NCBI GenBank assembly: GCA_022560555.1
Contig: JADFSZ010000068.1
Location: 1 to 8,714, forward strand
Reading direction: 5' to 3'
DNA: 8,714 nt
Source: PVC group bacterium
GTDB taxonomy: Bacteria; GCA-001730085; JADFSZ01
The notes below the pieces were generated by a model. It made no database searches. It had not been told where the DNA came from and worked only from the letters and a program-made list of their open reading frames with translations. This document shows, in pieces, positions 1 through 5,820 of the stretch. The translations under genes were made by a program, and so were the position numbers. The stretch's first letter is position 1; every line of letters begins with the position of its first letter.

Positions 1-383
1 GGATGATTCCCTTTAATAAACACATACAAAGGCGGGTGATTTATATAAGCGTTTCCCCCGGTATCTATAAATTCAATTTCGTTCTTTTTTAACTCATCTG
101 CCATAAATCTTCCAACATGATTGACAACAAGCAGGACAGGATGAGGAAGCTCCTCTTGCAATTTTATCAGCTGTCCAATCATGGCCCGATGAACATGCGC
201 CTTGATCTCTACACAGAACCGCACCTCTTCATTCTGCCATCTTATCTGCACGACTTTGTCTACATATGTCCTGTCATTAAGCCGCTTTTGGGTCGCCTCT
301 ATTTTGTAATCGACCGGTGTATTAAAATTGTCCTTGAATGCCTTTAGGGCAGCATCAAAGATCGTTTCTTCTTTGTGGTTCAT
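1..383 (-). CDS. Uncharacterised protein, N-terminal 127 codons only; the gene continues past the left edge. Possible PD-(D/E)xK-like signature.
   Basis: Hand translation of the reverse strand from ATG (complement of 381-383) is open to position 1: MNHKEETIFDAALKAFKDNFNTPVDYKIEATQKRLNDRTYVDKVVQIRWQNEEVRFCVEIKAHVHRAMIGQLIKLQEELPHPVLLVVNHVGRFMADELKKNEIEFIDTGGNAYINHPPLYVFIKGNHP. It is missing from the ORF track because no stop lies in the window. The 117..347 plus ORF is its antisense shadow. The pattern D(YVDK)...E-I-K (CVEIK) is spaced like a PD-(D/E)xK core. The SD is weak (aaatggaaATG). Confidence 0.6.
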   Translation of the reverse strand, partial: MNHKEETIFDAALKAFKDNFNTPVDYKIEATQKRLNDRTYVDKVVQIRWQNEEVRFCVEIKAHVHRAMIGQLIKLQEELPHPVLLVVNHVGRFMADELKKNEIEFIDTGGNAYINHPPLYVFIKGNH

Positions 384-402
384 TTCCATTTAAAGGTCTT
401 TT

Positions 403-455
403 TGTTCAAATTATTATAGTGTTCAATAATAATGAACATACCATATATTTGAACT
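403..455. promoter_or_regulatory. Operator-like composite palindrome, unit 1: TGTTCA-N11-TGTTCA-N7-TGAACA-N11-TGAACt
   Basis: Hexamers lie at 403-408, 420-425, 433-438 and 450-455 (the last matches 5/6). The inner pair is a perfect inverted repeat with a 7-nt spacer. The unit overlaps a candidate TATAAT -10 at 413-418 on the minus strand. Confidence 0.55.
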
Positions 456-464
456 AAATGTCAA
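413..464 (-). promoter_or_regulatory. Candidate sigma70-type promoter(s) for the leftmost gene
   Basis: On the minus strand there is a perfect TATAAT (complement of 413-418) about 30 nt upstream of the ATG at 383, but its -35 is poor. A second candidate is TTGACA (complement of 459-464)-N18-TATGTT (complement of 435-440). Both are overlapped by unit 1 half-sites. Confidence 0.35.
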
Positions 465-519
465 CTCATTTTTACAATAATATTTGTAACATATTTATAA
501 ACAATATATTATGAATAGT

Positions 520-572
520 TGTTCACTATTTTTATATGTTCATTAATACTGAACAATATAAATAATTGAACA
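520..572. promoter_or_regulatory. Operator-like composite palindrome, unit 2: TGTTCA-N11-TGTTCA-N7-TGAACA-N11-TGAACA
   Basis: Hexamers lie at 520-525, 537-542, 550-555 and 567-572, all perfect. Spacing (11/7/11) is identical to unit 1. The unit centres (429 and 546) are 117 bp apart. Confidence 0.55.
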
Positions 573-708
573 TATTTTTGGAGTTGGTGGGAGTTGGGGT
601 CAGCCACTGAAATGTGAAATTACCTGATTTACTTCTTTTTGAATGACTCTCTGGGCAAGTTTGGACCTTGAAATGGGAAATAATTTCACCAGCTTCCTAA
701 GTCTGTGC

Positions 709-2307
709 TTATAACTCATAACGCCCGGGAGATATGATCCCATTCGGGTCTAACACAGCTTTGATCTTTTTCAGCATGTCAGTGTAATTTGGATTGTGTG
801 ATTTAATTTTCGACATATTCTGAATCCCCAGCCGATAAGGGTAATACCCTTCGTCGGTCAGGTAACCAAGCAGTTTGTCATGACAATTCATAGCTGCCAA
901 ATCCTGGCCCGGTGTATCCCTGTCATAAACAATACTAATAATAAAGTCCATCGCCCGTTCGGTGATCATCGTGACACTGATCATCGGCTCGAACTTGAAT
1001 TCAAGTAGAATATCCTTTGTGATTTGAAAAATTTCTTGAGCATGACATCCTTCAAGGGGCGCGACGGCGGACAACCAAATAAGACCGCACCGGTCCCGAT
1101 CCGGATCCATGGGATTTTCAATGTCGCCTTTTTTCCTCCAGTAAACACTTTTCATCATCGTGTCTGTGGGTATACCCAAGTTAAGTCCATAGATCGGTTT
1201 TAATATCTCAAGCTGACGGAACAAATGAGAATTTCGAAGCCAGGGAATCAATTTAAGACACGTTTGGAAAAAAGAAATCTTAGAATCATTTAAAAAAACC
1301 AATTTATCTCCAACCCCATTCAAGGCTTTTGATACTTTGCGTTTTGCTTGAATCACATCAAAACGAGTGCCGTATAAAGCGCCTGAAACGTTCCAAGCGC
1401 CAATCTTATGTTTCTTTGCGATCTTTTTCATCTCTTGAGGCTTCAGAGGAAACTGCCCATTGGTCTCATCCCAGGGATATCTTTGAAATGTATTTAGAAC
1501 TTTATAATCATTTCCGATATGAACAGCACTCCGGAGGATTCCACTCAACCTGAGAGGACGTAACTGATCTATGATCAGTGCCAATTTTTTCTCTGAATCC
1601 ACTCGACAATAAAAAGCTTCAAACTGCTCGGGTTTCGGCATCAGCCAAAAGGTCATCCGAGTGACAATTCCCAAATTTGACTGACTGAACAATCCGTCCA
1701 AAAATGGGCCAACGCCCCACCGGTATACCGGAGACGCTTTGGCATTTCTAAAATGGCTTAACCCTGTTTGAATCACCTCACCCGTCGGCAAAACGACCTC
1801 AAATCCACAAACAAATGAAAAATGATCCCCATACGGTGTGTGCCCGAATCCACGTTCTACGGCATTTCCTATGAGACTGCAGCTTTCACTGGCACCTGTC
1901 ACGTCCATAAAAAGATTGGATTGCTGTTCGATTAAATACTGATAAAGATCTTTTTGGGTGACACCCGGCTCCACCGTCACATAGGCTAAATCTTCATGGT
2001 AATCGATAATCCGATTCATTCGCCCCAAATACAGAATAACATTATTCGGCCCCGTTGGAACACCGGAGCCATATCCCCAGTTTTTCCCTGTGCTGACAGG
2101 ATAAAGAGGAATTTTATATGTGTTAGCAACCCGAACACACTTCTCTACTTCTTCACGAGTACCGGGTTTAATAACAGCCAAAACCTTTTGATCAGTTTGA
2201 AAAGTTGTATTTTGGAACGTTTTGAGCTCTTCGGGATGAATGCTGGCATGAACAGATCCTACAACATCCTGCCATTCTTTTAATGCTTTTGTAAAATGAT
2301 TATCCAT
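709..2307 (-). CDS. FAD-binding oxidoreductase, VAO/PCMH (FAD_binding_4) family, 532 aa
   Basis: ATG start with SD-like GAAGG just upstream. It carries the hallmark 'PVSTGKNWGYGSG' flavin-binding loop of p-cresol methylhydroxylase/vanillyl-alcohol-oxidase-type flavoenzymes and a C-terminal 'DPNGIISPGRY' family ending. A weak possible own promoter is TTGTTA-N18-TAAAAT (2320..2349, minus), but it would place the transcription start almost on the SD. Confidence 0.85.
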   Translation of the reverse strand: MDNHFTKALKEWQDVVGSVHASIHPEELKTFQNTTFQTDQKVLAVIKPGTREEVEKCVRVANTYKIPLYPVSTGKNWGYGSGVPTGPNNVILYLGRMNRIIDYHEDLAYVTVEPGVTQKDLYQYLIEQQSNLFMDVTGASESCSLIGNAVERGFGHTPYGDHFSFVCGFEVVLPTGEVIQTGLSHFRNAKASPVYRWGVGPFLDGLFSQSNLGIVTRMTFWLMPKPEQFEAFYCRVDSEKKLALIIDQLRPLRLSGILRSAVHIGNDYKVLNTFQRYPWDETNGQFPLKPQEMKKIAKKHKIGAWNVSGALYGTRFDVIQAKRKVSKALNGVGDKLVFLNDSKISFFQTCLKLIPWLRNSHLFRQLEILKPIYGLNLGIPTDTMMKSVYWRKKGDIENPMDPDRDRCGLIWLSAVAPLEGCHAQEIFQITKDILLEFKFEPMISVTMITERAMDFIISIVYDRDTPGQDLAAMNCHDKLLGYLTDEGYYPYRLGIQNMSKIKSHNPNYTDMLKKIKAVLDPNGIISPGRYEL

Positions 2308-2347
2308 AGCCTTCGGTTCATTTTAAATATTGGTGTGCCCACCTAAC

Positions 2348-2377
2348 AAAAAAGAAGGAGGATCGATATCCTCCTTC
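2348..2377 (-). terminator. Rho-independent terminator ending the rpsU-HAD transcription unit
   Basis: The minus-strand RNA reads GAAGGAGGAU-AUCG-AUCCUCCUUC, a perfect 10-bp stem (2354-2363 / 2368-2377) with a 4-nt loop, followed directly by UUUUUU (2348-2353). It sits 30 nt downstream of the HAD stop at 2408. Confidence 0.8.
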
Positions 2378-2407
2378 ATCAAACAAATTTGCTCGAAATC
2401 CATTTTA

Positions 2408-3037
2408 TTAATACTGAATAGACAATTCATCGAGAGATCTTTCTAAAGATTGAGGGTCTTTATAATGCACTCCATAAAATCCCATCTCAGATGCGGCTTC
2501 GACAAAGTTTTCAATATCGTCTATATACACACACTCGGACGAAGGTAAACTTAGCTTATTTAAGGCATCCTGATACATTACAGCGCTTGGTTTTAACGCA
2601 TGGACCTCAAACGAAAGCGAGACCGAATCAAAAAGATTAAACACATCCGACGGACAAATTTCTGATTCATAATGCGACTCACACGTATTGGATATAAGCC
2701 CGATCTTGTAATGACCCTTTAATCTTTTTATAAGCGCGCGGGTTTGCGGAATCGGTGTGAATATTTGCTCCCAGGCATCAAAAAATTCGATACGTGTCAT
2801 TTTCAATGAAAGCCGGGTATGCATCTCGTCAAAAAACTCATCGCTTGATATCAGCCCCAACTCATGTTTCTTTAACAGCTCTTTTGATTGATCAAAAGCG
2901 CGTTGTATCTCCCATGGTTTTTTTGATGTTTTTTTTAGAAGCTTGTTCCGGAACAAACCCCAATCAAACATGGAGATAACATTGCCGTAATCAAATACTA
3001 TCGCTCTAATATTCACACCCTCATTATTCAAAACCAC
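2408..3037 (-). CDS. HAD-superfamily hydrolase, subfamily IA, YihX-like sugar-phosphate phosphatase type
   Basis: Motif I 'IVFDYGNVI' is the D-x-G variant seen in E. coli YihX (IFDLGNVI). Motif II is 'LISNT', motif III the Lys in 'HALKP', and motif IV 'YIDDIENF'. The start is ambiguous: GTG at 3037, or TTG at 3031, which has better spacing to GAAGG. The gene begins only 14 nt after the rpsU stop, so co-transcription is likely. Confidence 0.85.
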   Translation of the reverse strand: MVLNNEGVNIRAIVFDYGNVISMFDWGLFRNKLLKKTSKKPWEIQRAFDQSKELLKKHELGLISSDEFFDEMHTRLSLKMTRIEFFDAWEQIFTPIPQTRALIKRLKGHYKIGLISNTCESHYESEICPSDVFNLFDSVSLSFEVHALKPSAVMYQDALNKLSLPSSECVYIDDIENFVEAASEMGFYGVHYKDPQSLERSLDELSIQY

Positions 3038-3051
3038 ACCTTCTAAAGTCT

Positions 3052-3225
3052 TTAAAGCTCTTTATCCTTGCGCGCACGCGCTTTTCTCTTTTTTTCACTC
3101 GGTTTTTCAAAATGGGCCCTTTTTTTCAGCTCTCTCATTATCCCTTCCTTGGCTACCCGGTTTTTAAACCGATTGAGGGCCTTATCAATCGATTCTCCTC
3201 TTTTGATTACAATGGTTGTTACCAA
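3052..3225 (-). CDS. rpsU: 30S ribosomal protein S21 (57 aa, TTG start)
   Basis: Hand translation gives (M)VTTIVIKRGESIDKALNRFKNRVAKEGIMRELKKRAHFEKPSEKKRKARARKDKEL*. This matches the S21 pattern of E. coli ([50 protein letters not shown]). The SD AAAGGGGG lies 7 nt upstream of TTG, and an in-frame TAA 10 codons upstream bounds the start. It falls below the size cutoff of the ORF track. Confidence 0.85.
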   Translation of the reverse strand: MVTTIVIKRGESIDKALNRFKNRVAKEGIMRELKKRAHFEKPSEKKRKARARKDKEL

Positions 3226-3317
3226 AACTACACCCCCTTTAATATCAAGTACTTACAAAAGTTTTGAGTTTCATATTTGCTATGGGATTCAGCAGATAAT
3301 TTTAAAAAAGATCACCC

Positions 3318-3346
3318 ATGATACACTTGGGGGCCATCTTTGTCAA
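3318..3346 (-). promoter_or_regulatory. Near-consensus sigma70 promoter for rpsU
   Basis: On the minus strand, TTGACA (complement of 3341-3346) is followed by an exactly 17-nt spacer (3324-3340) and TATCAT (complement of 3318-3323). The predicted 5' UTR to the TTG at 3225 is about 85 nt. Confidence 0.6.
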
Positions 3347-3366
3347 TCCAAGGAAATAGGTAGTTA

Positions 3367-4347
3367 TTACGTCTGATTGACAAAATCATTCAGGGCGCGA
3401 AATTCACGGGCTAAGGAAGGATTTGTGTTCAATTCACCGGAAAATGTGCTGTAAATATAACTCACCGCAACATAGGTGTTAAACTTCATAATGTTCATAA
3501 TTTTGATTAAAGTGTAGCCGTGAAGACGCAGAAGGTATACAGCCGCTTTACGATACTCGTTGGGTTTCCCTTTCTTAGAAAAATACAACTCCTTATTCGT
3601 GATCCCATAATACTTTTTTAATTTATTCAAAATAACGCTTGCCTCGATAGATATCCGGTCCTTTTTGGAAGCCCACAGAGCCGCTTCCAATTTTACAGGA
3701 TCCTTGTATCTTCTTTTGAGCTGATCAATAAAATTTTCATCGCCTAAAAGAAAACCTTTTTTTCGATTTTTATAAAAATTTTCGACTGTCTCATTTATAG
3801 GTTTTCGTTCGTACGCTTCATAAGCCGAAGAAATATTATCCCCGTATTCCGGGCATAGCATAATCAACGCTTCATGAAGATAGATCCATTCCGGCTGTTT
3901 GTCGATGTTAAAGACATAATATCGGCTTGACGCAAGAGAATTTTTCCAACCCGTTTTTTTTGATGTGTTTTGAGATATTCGATGAATCCATTTAATGATA
4001 TCCAAAAAATAATTATCTATATCGATCAAAATGGATTGAAAACGCCCGCGGAACAGGGGGCCTGTTTTTCGGTATGCGCGATTATAATGTTGAGTATACA
4101 ATCCATTGATGTGACGCATGGCCAAAGATATGTTGGCCCGAGGGGTAACAATCATGAGATGATATTCTTTATCGCAAAGAGCGTAGGCGTAAATTTTAAT
4201 ACGATAAATTTTTGCGGCAGATCCGAGAAGACCTAAAAAGAACTTACGGTCGTCAGTTGTTCGAAACAAAGAACGATTCTGGGTGGATACTTGGTTGGAA
4301 ATGTGGTAACAGGCTCCGGCATATTCAATCCGCAATGCTCTCGCCAT
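3367..4347 (-). CDS. IS200/RAYT-like (Y1_Tnp, COG1943-type) transposase-like protein with a C-terminal DnaA-domain-IV-like HTH; catalytic motifs appear degenerate
   Basis: The N-terminus 'MARALRIEYAGACYHISN...FFLGLLGSAAKIY..IKIYAYALCDKEYHLMIVTPRANISLAMRHINGLYTQHYNRAYRKTGPLFRGRFQSILIDIDNYFLDIIKWIH' is colinear with the family pattern as I recall it: 'RIEfpGAvYHVtsRGN...CLMdNHYHLLieTP.gNLS.gMRqlNgvYTq.fNrr..r.GHLFQGRYKa.lve.dsYLLeL.RYIhLNP'. The C-terminus 'ILNKLKKYYGITNKELYFSKKGKPNEYRKAAVYLLRLHGYTLIKIMNIMKFNTYVAVSYIYSTF' resembles the DnaA C-terminal (Bac_DnaA_C) HTH. GGAGGA lies 11 nt upstream of the ATG. Confidence 0.75.
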   Translation of the reverse strand: MARALRIEYAGACYHISNQVSTQNRSLFRTTDDRKFFLGLLGSAAKIYRIKIYAYALCDKEYHLMIVTPRANISLAMRHINGLYTQHYNRAYRKTGPLFRGRFQSILIDIDNYFLDIIKWIHRISQNTSKKTGWKNSLASSRYYVFNIDKQPEWIYLHEALIMLCPEYGDNISSAYEAYERKPINETVENFYKNRKKGFLLGDENFIDQLKRRYKDPVKLEAALWASKKDRISIEASVILNKLKKYYGITNKELYFSKKGKPNEYRKAAVYLLRLHGYTLIKIMNIMKFNTYVAVSYIYSTFSGELNTNPSLAREFRALNDFVNQT

Positions 4348-4395
4348 GACAGATACTTTCCTCCGGCTTTATCAAATATATTTACCCACAAAAAT

Positions 4396-5820
4396 TTAAC
4401 GGGGTATGTTTTCTAAGCAGTCTTTTCTCATATCTTTATTCACAGCAATGGGGTAATCTCCCGAAAAGCATGCCGTACAAAACTGATCATTGTTCTGAAA
4501 CATGGCATTCAGCATTCCCTTGAGGCTAAGATAGGCTAGGCTGTCTACACCCAGAAATTTTGCGATTTCATCTTCGGTTTTATCTGAGGCTATCAGCTCC
4601 TCGGGGCTGGGAAAATCAATCCCGTAATAACACGGATGCCGAATCGGCGGACAGCTAATGCGCATGTGAATTTCTTTGGCTCCTGCCTTCCAAAGTGTTT
4701 TGACACGTTTTTTACTTGTTGTTCCACGGACAATCGAATCATCAACAAGAATCACGCGTTTGCCTTTGATAACACTGGCAATGGGATTCAGTTTTACACG
4801 AACGGCAAAATCCCGAATGCTTTGTGCCGGATGAATAAATGTCCGTCCCACATAATGGTTCCGGATCACTCCTACTTCAAAGGGAATTCCGGACTCCTCC
4901 GAATAACCTAAAGCCGCGTAAATCCCGGAATCAGGCATCGGAACCACAATATCCGCATCCACCGGGGCCTCAACAGCCATACGCTTCCCCAGGCGTTTTC
5001 GAGTCAAGTAAACATTCTCACCAAAAATGTTACTGTCAGGACGGGAAAAATAAATATACTCAAAAACACAATACTTGTGTTTTATCTTGGGCGTGTATCG
5101 AAAGGATTTTAATCCTTGGTCCGTAATCTCTATGATTTCCCCGGGTTCAACATCTCGTATATAATCCGCTTCGATCAAATCAAGAGCGCATGTTTCTGAT
5201 GTAATAATATACTTTTCACCGATTTTTCCTATACAAAGAGGCCGCACGCCATGAGGATCACGAGCCGCAATGATCGATTTTTCCGTCATAAAAACCAGGG
5301 AAAAGGCTCCCCGTAACTTTTTTAAAGAGTCAGCAAGTTTTTCGACAATGCTTGGCTTTCTCGACCGAGCCATCAAATGAACAATAATTTCCGTATCCAT
5401 CGTTGTTTGAAAAATGGATCCTTTTGACTCGAGATCCTTTCGGAGTTTTTGAGCATTAACGATATTGCCGTTGTGAGCCACAGCCAATTTTCCGGACAAA
5501 AAATTCACCAAAAACGGTTGGGCATTTTCGATGTGAGACCGTCCCGTTGTCGAATACCGGACATGACCGCAGGCCGTATCCCCTTCCAATGTTTTGAGAA
5601 TGTTTTCTTTAAAAATATGTCCGACAAGCCCCATTCCTTTATGGCTAAATATTTGCTCTCCATCAGTCGAAATAATGCCGGCACTCTCTTGTCCGCGATG
5701 CTGCAAAGCGTAAAGACCAAGATACGTCAGACGCGCGGCGTCCTGACATCCTAAAATAGCAAATAAACCGCATTTTTCACGGAGATCATGATTCATGGAT
5801 ATTTTATTTTCCTTCATCAA
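4396..5820 (-). CDS. purF: Amidophosphoribosyltransferase (glutamine-PRPP amidotransferase), [4Fe-4S]/propeptide type
   Basis: The Ntn nucleophile '[10 protein letters not shown]' follows a 16-17 residue propeptide. The PRPP loop is '[14 protein letters not shown]'. Cluster cysteines in B. subtilis-type positions are '[14 protein letters not shown]', 'PCYYGID' and '[11 protein letters not shown]'. The start is either TTG at 5820 (7 nt from GAGG) or ATG at 5817. Confidence 0.95.
   Translation of the reverse strand: MMKENKISMNHDLREKCGLFAILGCQDAARLTYLGLYALQHRGQESAGIISTDGEQIFSHKGMGLVGHIFKENILKTLEGDTACGHVRYSTTGRSHIENAQPFLVNFLSGKLAVAHNGNIVNAQKLRKDLESKGSIFQTTMDTEIIVHLMARSRKPSIVEKLADSLKKLRGAFSLVFMTEKSIIAARDPHGVRPLCIGKIGEKYIITSETCALDLIEADYIRDVEPGEIIEITDQGLKSFRYTPKIKHKYCVFEYIYFSRPDSNIFGENVYLTRKRLGKRMAVEAPVDADIVVPMPDSGIYAALGYSEESGIPFEVGVIRNHYVGRTFIHPAQSIRDFAVRVKLNPIASVIKGKRVILVDDSIVRGTTSKKRVKTLWKAGAKEIHMRISCPPIRHPCYYGIDFPSPEELIASDKTEDEIAKFLGVDSLAYLSLKGMLNAMFQNNDQFCTACFSGDYPIAVNKDMRKDCLENIPR

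Noticed and set aside
117-347. 76-aa plus-strand ORF from the track
   Set aside because: It lies entirely antisense to a longer, uninterrupted minus-strand reading frame (1..383). That frame has a plausible start next to a promoter-like region and more protein-like sequence. The plus ORF is a shadow ORF.
472-489. Inverted repeat TTACAA-N6-TTGTAA between the two TGTTCA units
   Set aside because: Six-bp AT-rich arms in an ~18% GC region are easily produced by chance. It is not repeated elsewhere and has no geometric relationship to the TGTTCA arrays.
384-580. AT-rich island as a replication origin (oriC or plasmid iterons)
   Set aside because: No DnaA-box-like 9-mers (TTATCCACA or its complement) occur in the island; the near matches I saw at about 6700 and 7290 are inside pyrG coding sequence. 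No dnaA/dnaN or rep gene is nearby. The repeats are palindromic operator-like sets rather than long direct iterons.
580-597. Tandem 10-mer GGAGTTGGTG/GGAGTTGGGG with four G-runs (possible two-tetrad G-quadruplex or mini-iteron)
   Set aside because: There are only two copies, and the G-runs are of 2-4 nt, so any quadruplex would be marginal. Nothing in the sequence alone supports a function. It is noted only as the sharp boundary of the AT-rich island.
2354-2377. The hairpin arms are a perfect Shine-Dalgarno (AAGGAGGAT) and an anti-SD-like sequence (ATCCTCCTT); I considered an SD-sequestering riboregulator or a hidden plus-strand small gene
   Set aside because: No start codon or ORF follows the SD on the plus strand. 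On the minus strand the stem is followed immediately by U6, 30 nt after the HAD stop. A plain intrinsic terminator explains it fully.
3068-3376. 102-aa plus-strand ORF from the track
   Set aside because: It is antisense to the clearly recognisable rpsU (3052..3225, minus) and its promoter. The sequence is hydrophobic and low-complexity with no recognisable motif or SD, and it overlaps the end of the RAYT-like gene.
3226-4395. RAYT-like gene as an active IS200/IS605 or REP-mobilising element (mobile_element call)
   Set aside because: No subterminal hairpins, REP palindromes, terminal inverted repeats or target duplications are visible in either flank. There is no tnpB partner, and the catalytic motif positions appear substituted. 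It is reported as a CDS only.
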